Below, piece by piece: positions 40,133 through 49,278 of a stretch of 55,575 nucleotides of DNA. How positions within the stretch are numbered: the first letter of the stretch is position 1; every line of letters begins with the position of its first letter. Origin of the DNA: Desulfobacterales bacterium (GTDB taxonomy: Bacteria; Desulfobacterota; Desulfobacteria; Desulfobacterales; UBA5616); NCBI GenBank assembly GCA_046483495.1, contig JAWODC010000061.1, positions 1 through 55,575 on the forward strand. The letters run 5' to 3'. The notes below the pieces were generated by a model. It saw nothing but the letters and a program-made list of their open reading frames with translations, was not told where the DNA came from and did no database searches. The position numbers were made by a program, and so were the translations under genes.

Positions 40133-40645
40133 TCAATTTTCTTCTCTTTCCTTCATCTGGTGAATCAGACTGTTTATCCGGTCGATGGCGGCAGGATCCC
40201 TTGACAGGGTTTTGGCATATGTCAACGCTTTTTCAGCATCATTATATCGCTTCATTCGAACATAAAAAGAGGAAAGGATCAGGTAATTATCGATATTCTC
40301 CGGATCCAACTCAATGGTTTTGACCATTTCGTCGGCTGCGCCTGAAACGTTTTTGCGAAGCGCATACACCCGCGCCAGGTAGCGGTGTGATTCAACGGAA
40401 GCATTGTCCAGGATCACGGCCTGTTCAAAGGCTTTTTCCGCCTGCTCGAAATTCCGGTTGGCCTCATCCATCTTGCCTCCGGGCAGCAATTCATAAAAAC
40501 CTTCATTAAACAGGGCCACACCTTTTTCATGAAAGTATGCGGCGCTGTTGACGTCAGTGTCGGATCCGCAACCGGTCATGAAAAGTGCGGTTGCGGCTGC
40601 CAGCAGCACCAGGACGCGGGCAGCATGCATACATCGTTTGATCAT
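40133..40645 (-). CDS. TPR-containing lipoprotein
   Basis: Lipobox-like FMTG-C; TPR-like helical repeats. Confidence 0.75.
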   Translation of the reverse strand: MIKRCMHAARVLVLLAAATALFMTGCGSDTDVNSAAYFHEKGVALFNEGFYELLPGGKMDEANRNFEQAEKAFEQAVILDNASVESHRYLARVYALRKNVSGAADEMVKTIELDPENIDNYLILSSFYVRMKRYNDAEKALTYAKTLSRDPAAIDRINSLIHQMKEREEN

Positions 40646-40658
40646 ATCGAATTTCTCC

Positions 40659-43340
40659 TTAATGGGCCGCAGCCCAGTTTTCGCCTTGGGCGATATTGAC
40701 TTTCAATGGAACTTTCAAATCCCAAATGCCCTCCATTGTGGTTTTCACCAGAGATACAGCAAGCTCGAGTTCTTCCGAAGGGACTTCAAATACCAGTTCG
40801 TCGTGCACGGTGAGAAGCATGGCCGACTGAAGTCCGCGTTTTTCTATTTCACGGTGAATGTGAATCATGGCCAACTTTATCAGATCCGCAGCCGTCCCCT
40901 GAATCGGCGTATTTACTGCGATACGTTCGGCGAAGCTGCGGAGATTGGCATTGGAACTGTTGATTTCAGGAATCATGCGAATACGATCTAAAAGGGTGCT
41001 CGTTTTTTCGGTGGTTTTAGCCTCTGCAATGGTGCGGTCGATGAACCGCTTTACGCCTTTATATCGTGAGAAGTAATTGTGGATGTAGCTTTTGGCCATC
41101 TTTTGGCTGATATTCAGCTCCTTTGCAAGACTGAACGGACCCATCCCGTATATGATTCCGAAATTGATGATTTTGGCATGCCGCCGGAGTTCGGGTGTAA
41201 TCATCTCCGGAAAAATCTGAAAAATCTCGGCGGCGGTTCGGGCATGAATATCCTCATTGTTGAGAAAGGCGTTTATCAGGATGGGATCTTCGGAATAATG
41301 GGCTAATATCCGCAGCTCCACTTGGGAGTAATCCGCGGAAACCATATGCCATCCTTTCTTCGGAACAAATGCGCTGCGGATCTCCCGGCCTTCCTCGGTT
41401 CGAATGGGGATGTTCTGAAGATTGGGATTCGAACTGCTCAGGCGTCCGGTAGCGGTCACGGTCTGGTTGTATGACGTATGGATTCGGCCGGTTTGCGGAT
41501 GAATCAAATCGATCAGCGCGTCGGCATAGGTGGACTTAAGCTTGGTCAGCGTGCGATGCCGCAGCACCAGTGCCGGAAGATCATGATGGTCCGCCAGAAA
41601 CGTCAAAACATCCACATCGGTGGAATAACCCGTTTTTTTCCGGGTTTTTTTCTGGATGGGGAGGCACAGCTTGTCAAATAGAATGCAACCGAGCTGCTGG
41701 GATGATTTGATATTGAATTCTCCCCCGGCCAATATATAAATCTCCTGTTCGAGCGCCGCCAATTGACGCTCGAAACCCCGGGAAAGCATCCTTAGCTTAT
41801 GCTCATCCACGGCAATACCGTGCATTTCCATTTTCATTAGAACTGGAATCAACGGCATTTCGACTGTTTCGAAGAGCCGAATCAATCCAATTTTTTCCAA
41901 TTCGGGCATGAGTGTATTCATGGCCCACAGGGTCATGTCGGCATCCTCGCAGGCATAAGGGACGGCCTTTTCAAGTGGTACACGGCTGAAGTTTTTTGCA
42001 CCGGTATCGTTGATGAGCTCTTTAAATGTCATGCACTTGTGTCCGCAAAAATCCATTGCGATCTGGTCCAGGTTGTGGGCCCGTTTGGAAGGATTGATCA
42101 GGTAAGAAGCCAACATCGTGTCGAACGCCACGCCGTTCAACTCGACACCGTGTCGCAGCAAAACCATCCAGTCGTATTTGATATTCTGCCCTGTTTTTTT
42201 AATGCCCGGATTTTCGAAAATCGGTTTCAGCCGTGAAAGAACATCCTCACGGTCAAGCTGTTCGGGGGCACCCTCATAATCATGTCCCAACGGGATGTAA
42301 TACGCTTCTGTGGGAACTACGGAAAAAGAAAGCCCGATGAGATCGGCTTTCATAGGATTTTCGGAAGACGTTTCGGTATCCAGAGCGAAGATGTCCGCGG
42401 ATGTCAATTTTTCGATCAGTTCCTGAAGATCCGGCAGTGTCAGGACGGCATGATAGGACGTCGGCCGATGCTCCGATTCGACTTTAAATTCCTGCTGAAG
42501 CTGCCTGAACTCTAACTGCGTAAACAAGTCAAAAAGTTTTTCGAAATCCGGCGGATCGGCTTTCAGGCGTTCAGGATCGAAATAAACGGGCACATTGCTG
42601 TTGATGGTGACGAGTTTTCTGCTTAAAAACGCCTGTTCCCGGAAATCTTCGAGATTTTCTTTCTGCTTTTTTTTTGTGATCCGGTCCAAATGGTCATAAA
42701 GATTTTCCAGGCTGCCGTATTGCTGAATGAGATCCTTCGCTGTTTTTTCACCGATTCCGGGAACTCCGGGGATATTATCCGATGTGTCCCCCCAGAGGCC
42801 CATGATATCGACAAGCCGGGCGGGTTCTACACCATAGGCGCTTTTAACGAATTGCAGATCCAGGATTCGATCTTTCATGGGATCCCACAGGGTGACGTTT
42901 TCGTCGATCAGCTGCATGAAATCCTTGTCTCCCGTCACAATGACGACATGAAATCCGGATGCCTTTGCAATCTTGGCGAATGAACCGATGAGATCGTCAG
43001 CCTCATAATGCTCCTGTTCATAAATGGGTATATTGAAACCTTCAGTGATGCGCTTGATATAGGGTATTTGAATGACCATATCCTCGGGTGCGGGGGGACG
43101 GTTGGCTTTGTAATCCTTGTAAATTTCATGCCGAAACGTAGGGCCGCGGGCATCGAAGAACATGGATATGTATGCGGGTGACCGTTCTTTGATCAATTTG
43201 ATAAGCATGCGCGCGAATCCAAAAGCGGCATTGGTGGGCAGGCCTTTTGAGTTGGTCAGGTTTCGAATGGCATGATACGCACGATAAATGTAAGCGGTAC
43301 CATCGATGAGGTATATCGTATTTTCTTTTTTCAGCGGCAT
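40659..43340 (-). CDS. polA: DNA polymerase I (start 43340 or 43397)
   Basis: LIDG, ALDTET, TATGRLSSSNPNLQNIP, ADYSQVELRILAH, NFGIIYG and VHDEL. Confidence 0.97.
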   Translation of the reverse strand: MPLKKENTIYLIDGTAYIYRAYHAIRNLTNSKGLPTNAAFGFARMLIKLIKERSPAYISMFFDARGPTFRHEIYKDYKANRPPAPEDMVIQIPYIKRITEGFNIPIYEQEHYEADDLIGSFAKIAKASGFHVVIVTGDKDFMQLIDENVTLWDPMKDRILDLQFVKSAYGVEPARLVDIMGLWGDTSDNIPGVPGIGEKTAKDLIQQYGSLENLYDHLDRITKKKQKENLEDFREQAFLSRKLVTINSNVPVYFDPERLKADPPDFEKLFDLFTQLEFRQLQQEFKVESEHRPTSYHAVLTLPDLQELIEKLTSADIFALDTETSSENPMKADLIGLSFSVVPTEAYYIPLGHDYEGAPEQLDREDVLSRLKPIFENPGIKKTGQNIKYDWMVLLRHGVELNGVAFDTMLASYLINPSKRAHNLDQIAMDFCGHKCMTFKELINDTGAKNFSRVPLEKAVPYACEDADMTLWAMNTLMPELEKIGLIRLFETVEMPLIPVLMKMEMHGIAVDEHKLRMLSRGFERQLAALEQEIYILAGGEFNIKSSQQLGCILFDKLCLPIQKKTRKKTGYSTDVDVLTFLADHHDLPALVLRHRTLTKLKSTYADALIDLIHPQTGRIHTSYNQTVTATGRLSSSNPNLQNIPIRTEEGREIRSAFVPKKGWHMVSADYSQVELRILAHYSEDPILINAFLNNEDIHARTAAEIFQIFPEMITPELRRHAKIINFGIIYGMGPFSLAKELNISQKMAKSYIHNYFSRYKGVKRFIDRTIAEAKTTEKTSTLLDRIRMIPEINSSNANLRSFAERIAVNTPIQGTAADLIKLAMIHIHREIEKRGLQSAMLLTVHDELVFEVPSEELELAVSLVKTTMEGIWDLKVPLKVNIAQGENWAAAH

Positions 43341-43386
43341 ACCGTCTGGTTTCTCCAAAGGCTGTATGACAACGCCTCTAAACAGG

Positions 43387-43415
43387 TTGACTTCCATTTG
43401 CCCTGACTATAGAGT
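43387..43415 (+). promoter_or_regulatory. sigma-70 promoter candidate
   Basis: TTGACT-17 nt-TAGAGT, divergent from polA. Confidence 0.4.
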
Positions 43416-43701
43416 TCGACAAGTAGTGATTTTCCGAGAAATGGCTGATTCATTCCATTTCTTCGTTGGCGGGAAAATTGTAATCCTCAAAATACTTAAC
43501 GTATTTCTGCGGTTAAAATTTCCCGGCCGCCTTGAAATGAAGCGAATTTTCTCATTTCCGGATAAACACCGGTTACACAACCCGGTCACGGTTATTATCA
43601 CCGGTCACCGTTTTCACCGAATACGGGGCAATGGCAGCCTCCGTTTTCCGGATGGCATTTTACTCATACCATCAAATGCCCTAAACGACAAGGTGGACAA
43701 C

Positions 43702-44142
43702 ATGGCATTGCCGAATGGAAAAATATTAAAGGACGACAAGGAAATAACAGCCGTATTATCGGAGGCTCAAACCATTGCGGTTTTGGGTTTGAGCCCCAAA
43801 CCCGCCCGGGATTCCCATCAGGTGGCAAAATACTTACAGAAGAACGGTTTCCGGATCATTCCGGTTCGGCCGGCACAAGCGGCGATCCTCGGCGAAAAGG
43901 CCTATAAGAGCTTGAATGATATAGGCGATTCGGTCGATATCGTGGACGTGTTCCGGCATCCGAATCAGGTCATGCAGCATGCACAAGAGGCCCTTCACCT
44001 GAAGCCGACAACCTTTTGGATGCAGAAGGGGATCGAGCACTATGATGCGGCACTGATGCTTACTGCCGCCGGCATCAACGTGGTCATGAATCGGTGTATT
44101 AAAGTGGAGTATGAACGACTTATCAAGACCGCGAACCTATAA
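43702..44142 (+). CDS. CoA-binding protein (YccU-like)
   Basis: IAVLGLS, RDS, IIPVRP, DIVDVFR, WMQKG and MNRCIK. Confidence 0.9.
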   Translation: MALPNGKILKDDKEITAVLSEAQTIAVLGLSPKPARDSHQVAKYLQKNGFRIIPVRPAQAAILGEKAYKSLNDIGDSVDIVDVFRHPNQVMQHAQEALHLKPTTFWMQKGIEHYDAALMLTAAGINVVMNRCIKVEYERLIKTANL

Positions 44143-44329
44143 AAGAAGACGTTCCAAGTGGCGGGAATGCCACTGTTGCGGCGCCCGGGTTCCATTTTGC
44201 TGGCATTGCCGCTGCGGCTTCAACATTTGCCAGGACTGCATGATGGAAAACCTTTGGGGTATGTCCTGTAATGGGATTACGTGGCAGTGCCCCGACTGCG
44301 GGCTTCACAACGGGTTCGGAAACCAATGA
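44111..44329 (+). CDS. small Cys-rich putative metal-binding protein (72 aa, 11 Cys)
   Basis: CHCC, CWHCRC, CQDC and CPDC; GGAG just upstream; overlaps the end of the previous gene. Confidence 0.65.
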   Translation: MNDLSRPRTYKRRRSKWRECHCCGARVPFCWHCRCGFNICQDCMMENLWGMSCNGITWQCPDCGLHNGFGNQ

Positions 44330-44398
44330 ACATGTTGAGGGGTGCATCGGTGTTGCCGTTCTATCCTTGCAGTATATTCGACGGCCGCTTCCAAACGC

Positions 44399-45022
44399 CT
44401 ATTTCCCCAAGCCCAGGAGAGAAACGACTTCCGCCAGATCGTTGATATGGTAATCGGCGGCAAGCCCCGGATTGTCATAGGCCGCAAACGGCACCAGTGC
44501 GCCCTTGGCGGCCATTTCATCCAGTTTGGAATCGCCGATATAAAGGCATTCCCCCGGTTTTAACGAGAAGTGCCGTAAAATTTTGATCAGCGATTCAGGA
44601 TGAGGTTTGGGGTTTTCCACATCAAGTGACGTGACCACCAGATCGAAGCATTGTTCAAGGCCGTGTTCACGTAAAACATGGTCCATCGTATCCGAGCGAT
44701 TCGTCGCCACAGCGGTTTTAACGACGGGTTTTATTTTTTTCAAAAGCGGTTTCAAATAAGGTTCGGCAATCATGTCCTTGATAAAAGGCATGTAGCCCAT
44801 GGTCTTTCGGAATGTTTTGGCGCGCTCCAGTTCATCCGGACAATCGGTCAAAAAGGCCAGTGTCTCGTCCACCGTATGCATATGTGCGAACTTGAACTGC
44901 TCCGGCGTCAGCGGAGGCTTCCCCAGGAAATGTAATATCTCATTATAGTAGGATGTATTTGCCGTCCGGGTGTCGAACATCACGCCGTCACAGTCAAATG
45001 CCACCAGTTTGTATAAGCTCAT
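44399..45022 (-). CDS. HAD-family phosphatase (phosphoglycolate phosphatase-like)
   Basis: FDCDGV, ATN, KPHP and YIGDS. Confidence 0.9.
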   Translation of the reverse strand: MSLYKLVAFDCDGVMFDTRTANTSYYNEILHFLGKPPLTPEQFKFAHMHTVDETLAFLTDCPDELERAKTFRKTMGYMPFIKDMIAEPYLKPLLKKIKPVVKTAVATNRSDTMDHVLREHGLEQCFDLVVTSLDVENPKPHPESLIKILRHFSLKPGECLYIGDSKLDEMAAKGALVPFAAYDNPGLAADYHINDLAEVVSLLGLGK

Positions 45023-45747
45023 AATGCCGGTGCCTGCTCCATGGTTTTTCGGATATTTCCAAAAACCCGTATTTTGATCTCAGGTTGAATCGTGCTGGTG
45101 GTTTTCAGTATCACGGTATCCGAATAGCGGCCGTCGCTTTTTCTGGCGTTTTCCACGGTCAGCAGATAGAGCCTGCCGTGTGACCCGGATTTTTTTTCGG
45201 AAAATTCGAACGTGATATCGGTGCCTTTCAGCGTGCTCACATCCGTTATCCGGAAAGGATATTTTTCTTCCGGTATGACGGTTATGGTCTGCTTGATTTC
45301 ATTTTCCGGATCTCCGGTGAGGTTGACAAGGATTCCCGGCAGTATTTTGGCAACTTTGTCGACATTTCCGGACATCGTCAAGCGATGTTTTGGCTGATCG
45401 GGATCGTTGGTGAGAACCCAAATCGTTTTCGCCAACTTGCGGCCGCCGTAACCTTTTGTTTTGATACTGATCGTGATCGTTCCCTCGCCCCCGGGAGGGA
45501 TTTGCTTCGTGTAAGAAGCGGCACGGCATCCTCAGCCGGGTTTTACTTGTAGCGACAGCATGGCCGTTCCCTTGTTAAGTACTTGGAAATCATGAGAAAT
45601 CTCCGTTCCTTCGGCCACCGGTTCAAACGCGTATGCGGGTTCGGGGATCACAGCCACGGGTACCGCCTGACCGGCGTCATCGGCATCGATAACAGCGCCT
45701 TGCATCAGTATGGCGGAAAAAGCAGCAAAAAAAATGAATCGTTTCAT
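45019..45747 (-). CDS. DUF1573-like exported protein, probable selenoprotein (Sec72, UGC motif)
   Basis: ORFs 45532-45747 and 45019-45435 share a frame; a single TGA (45532-45534) in VKPG*GC is followed by open sequence KQIPPGGEGTI...VLTNDP; signal peptide; RBS GAGG. Confidence 0.8.
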
Positions 45748-45857
45748 ACTTGCGTTCCTCGAATTGCACATGTGTATTGATTTTCAAAAATCGTTTTTAA
45801 GACAATCTGCGATTCAGCATTTTCGACCCCAAATCTATACCATATTCGAGACAAATT

Positions 45858-48323
45858 TTACATCATAAAATGAGGATCCACATCGATTCCGACCCGTACC
45901 TGCCGGTTATTGAACAGGTGTTTATAATCCGTGAGCATCCGGCTTACCGCTTGATGAAGTGGTTTTACGCGGCTTCCCTTTAGCAGAATCTGCCAGCGGT
46001 AATCCCCCGCAATTCGGGATATGGGCGATTCAATCGGACCCAAGACGGCAATTCGTCCATGGAAATCGGCTTCCGAGGATATGGATTGTATGGTTTTCCC
46101 CGTTTTGAAGGCGTGCTCCTTCGTTTGCCGGTAATCCCTACCTGTTATCCTAAACTGGATCAGTCGTGAAAACGGGGGGTAATTAAGGGTGCTTCGAAAC
46201 GTTAAGTCCTTGTGATAAAAAGCTAAAAAATCCTGGTGCAGGGCCGCGGATATGCTGAAATGTCCGGGATGATAGGTCTGCAGGATGACATTGCCCGGCG
46301 AGTCCCCCCTGCCGGCCCGCCCGGCAACTTGAGCCAGCAGTTGAAATGTTCGCACTCCCGAGCGAAAATCCGGAAAATTCAATGAAAGATCGGCACAGAT
46401 GATTCCCACGAGGGTAATATTCGGGAAATCATGCCCTTTGGCAACCATTTGCGTTCCAACCAGAATATCGACGGTGTTGTCCCGAACACGCTGAAGGATT
46501 TTTCTCAGGGCACCCTTTTTACGGGTCGTATCCCGATCGATTCTGGCGACTTCGGCACTTGGAAACATGCGTTTTACCGTCTCTTCCAGCTTTTCGGTTC
46601 CAATTCCCAGATGGCGGATATGGGATGATCCACAAACCGGGCAGTCCGTTTTGGCGGAACAGGAAAAACCGCAATAATGGCATTTATAGGCATTGTACCG
46701 CTGGTGCAGGGTCATGGATATTTCACAATTTCGGCACTTGACAGCCTCTCCACAGGTTCCGCATACCGATATATTTGAAAATCCCCTGCGGTTTAGAAAA
46801 AGGAGAACCTGTTGATCCCGCGCCAGGGTTTCCTGCATGGCCGTCTGCAATTGGGGTGAAATGAATTTTCGAAAACCCCTGAAATCCCGGGTTTTCCGAA
46901 GGTCCACCAATTGGATTGCGGACATGGGCCTTTCCATTACCCGTTTGGTTAGTCTCACTTCCGTGTACTTCCCCGTCTGAACGTTATAGTACGACTGGAT
47001 GGAAGGGGTCGCCGAACCCAAAACGACCACACACCCTTCCATGCTGGCGCGCTTTACGGCCAGATCCCGGGCATGATACATCAAGCCATGTTCTTGTTTA
47101 AAAGAGGGATCATGTTCTTCGTCCACAACGATCAGCCCGATGTCGGTCAAAGGGGCGAATACCGCCGACCTGGCCCCGATGACGATAGGCGCCCGGCCGG
47201 CCATAATTCTCATCCACTGATCATAACGTTCCCCGCTTGAAAGTCCACTGTGGAGAACGGAAACGCATTCTCCGAAGCGCGCCCTGAACCGCCGTTCCAC
47301 CTGTGAAATCAAGGCGATTTCGGGAACCAGGATCAGCACCTTTCGACCGGCGTCGATGACCTCTTTGGCAAGCTGCATGTACACTTCGGTTTTTCCGCTT
47401 CCGGTGACGCCGGTCAGCAGAAATCCGGAATACCCCTTTTTCACAACCTGTCGAATCCGGCCGACGGCGGATCGCTGTTCATCCGTTAGAATCGGCGGCG
47501 GTTCAGGCAGAACGTCATCTCCAAACGGATCGCGATACACCTTCTTCTTAACTATCCGGATATAACCGTCTTTCTCCAGCGATTTCAAAACGGAAGCGGC
47601 GGAAGGCACCTGACGCTGAAGCTCTGACGTTGACATCTCCGGTGTGTTTTTCAGAACAGATAGAACCGCATTTTTTACAGCGGATCGAAAGGTTCCCGGC
47701 TCTTTACCTTCCGCGAGGGTGACATAGCGTTTGAACAGGTGCTTGGGTCCGTTTCGACGCTGTCGGTTTCGTTTTAAAATCCAATTTCTATCGATAAGGG
47801 TTTGTATGACCGTTCTGGAAACCGGTTGACCCCGACCGGTAAAAAGATCTCTTTCCCGGCAGGCACCCTTCTCGAGCCGATGGAGAACGGCGGATTCCAC
47901 CGGGGTAAGCGGCAGGCCTTCCAAGGCCGCTTTGCCCGATTCAGACAAGGCAAGCACGGCATAAGAATTGACGTTCAATCCGGCCGGAAGGGCGCAGGCG
48001 ATAACCTCGCCGATGGGACACAGATAATAATCAGCGATCCAGTTAAACAGGGGGATCATGGATCGGGGAAACAACGGTTCGTCGTCCAGAACGTCCAGAA
48101 TCTGTTTAACCGCTTGGGACGGCTCTGAAAAATGTCGCTTCAGAATATATCCGGTCACCCGCTGACGTTTGAACGGCACCAGTATCCTGATGCCTTCACC
48201 GGCGAAGCTCGCCATGCCGGGCGGAATTTCGTACGAATAGGTTCGATATACGGGTAATGCCACCGCTACTTCCGCAAACATTCGAATGGAAGTACTGTTG
48301 GCCGATTGCTGCAACATCTTCAT
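45858..48323 (-). CDS. priA: primosomal protein N'
   Basis: GVTGSGKTEVY, VDEEHD, GSATPS, LNRRG, four CxxC pairs and GTQMVAKGHDF. Confidence 0.96.
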   Translation of the reverse strand: MKMLQQSANSTSIRMFAEVAVALPVYRTYSYEIPPGMASFAGEGIRILVPFKRQRVTGYILKRHFSEPSQAVKQILDVLDDEPLFPRSMIPLFNWIADYYLCPIGEVIACALPAGLNVNSYAVLALSESGKAALEGLPLTPVESAVLHRLEKGACRERDLFTGRGQPVSRTVIQTLIDRNWILKRNRQRRNGPKHLFKRYVTLAEGKEPGTFRSAVKNAVLSVLKNTPEMSTSELQRQVPSAASVLKSLEKDGYIRIVKKKVYRDPFGDDVLPEPPPILTDEQRSAVGRIRQVVKKGYSGFLLTGVTGSGKTEVYMQLAKEVIDAGRKVLILVPEIALISQVERRFRARFGECVSVLHSGLSSGERYDQWMRIMAGRAPIVIGARSAVFAPLTDIGLIVVDEEHDPSFKQEHGLMYHARDLAVKRASMEGCVVVLGSATPSIQSYYNVQTGKYTEVRLTKRVMERPMSAIQLVDLRKTRDFRGFRKFISPQLQTAMQETLARDQQVLLFLNRRGFSNISVCGTCGEAVKCRNCEISMTLHQRYNAYKCHYCGFSCSAKTDCPVCGSSHIRHLGIGTEKLEETVKRMFPSAEVARIDRDTTRKKGALRKILQRVRDNTVDILVGTQMVAKGHDFPNITLVGIICADLSLNFPDFRSGVRTFQLLAQVAGRAGRGDSPGNVILQTYHPGHFSISAALHQDFLAFYHKDLTFRSTLNYPPFSRLIQFRITGRDYRQTKEHAFKTGKTIQSISSEADFHGRIAVLGPIESPISRIAGDYRWQILLKGSRVKPLHQAVSRMLTDYKHLFNNRQVRVGIDVDPHFMM

Positions 48324-48597
48324 GCCTGAGGGATTGTCAATTGCGATTTGTTGATATCAGCAGAGGCTTCATTCATCTAAAAAAAGCATCCCAGCCCCTT
48401 TTTGGGCCGGAATGTACCGGCTGCTGTGAATATCGAGTTGCATGACGCGAAAATAATTGCTATTGTGCGCTTTATCAAATCACAAGGGCCGATTCCGGCC
48501 GATTCGGTTTCTTCTTCACTAAGCAAGGCAAGTACCGGCTCTGTATCGCCACATAGGGCTTAGCATTGACAACTGCGTGACTTACAAGGAGGCATGA

Positions 48598-48897
48598 ATG
48601 AGTAAGCTTGTCAAGAAATTATTGATCGTTTGGATTGCCGCCGCGATGGTTTTGCTTCCGATGTCGTCGGCATTTTCACAGCCTCGATGTTATGAAAAAA
48701 AAGCAACAGCCGAAGAAATGGCGGCCGACTTTCTGCTGGCAAGGCCATTGGGTTTTGCGTCTCTTGTGTTGGGCTCGGTTGTCTTCGTCTTCTCGCTGCC
48801 GTTTTCTGCAGCCGGGGGAAATGCGGACGAAGCAGCGGAAAAACTGGTTCAAAAGCCTGCAGAATATACATTCAAACGCCCCCTGGGCGATTTTTAA
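48598..48897 (+). CDS. small exported/membrane hypothetical protein
   Basis: RBS AAGGAGG, signal peptide, hydrophobic segment, C-terminal YTFKRPLG. Confidence 0.75.
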   Translation: MSKLVKKLLIVWIAAAMVLLPMSSAFSQPRCYEKKATAEEMAADFLLARPLGFASLVLGSVVFVFSLPFSAAGGNADEAAEKLVQKPAEYTFKRPLGDF

Positions 48898-48996
48898 AGC
48901 GGTAAGGGGGGCTGAAACGGGCGGCAGAGCGGGGCGGGTGCGTTAAATGCGGATCGGCAGTCGAACCGCTCCGCCGGTATATTCAAACGGCCGGGC

Positions 48997-49278
48997 CTAA
49001 ATGTCAATTTCGTTTTCCGCAATGAAAATATGAGGACGGCCGGAGGAATCGATGTTTAGCAGAATTTCTTTGTCCGAATGGCCGGCCAAATCCGGAAATC
49101 GGGTTCGTAATGATGAAAAATTCAGTTCCGTCAGCAAACGTCCGACGGCCTCGATTTTTTGTTCCGCAGTCGGCATCTTTTCCTCGGCATTGAAATAGTC
49201 CGAAATCATTTTATTGTGAAGACGCTTCAATGCCGTTTCAATACAATATTTGCTCAGGTTCAGCTTAAATCGGATCAT
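48997..49278 (-). CDS. hypothetical protein
   Basis: Overlaps the stop of the radical SAM gene on the same strand; normal composition. Confidence 0.65.
   Translation of the reverse strand: MIRFKLNLSKYCIETALKRLHNKMISDYFNAEEKMPTAEQKIEAVGRLLTELNFSSLRTRFPDLAGHSDKEILLNIDSSGRPHIFIAENEIDI

Noticed and set aside
43306..43701. 132-aa extension of the CoA-binding protein
   Set aside because: Overlaps the polA start; no domain features; better RBS at 43702.
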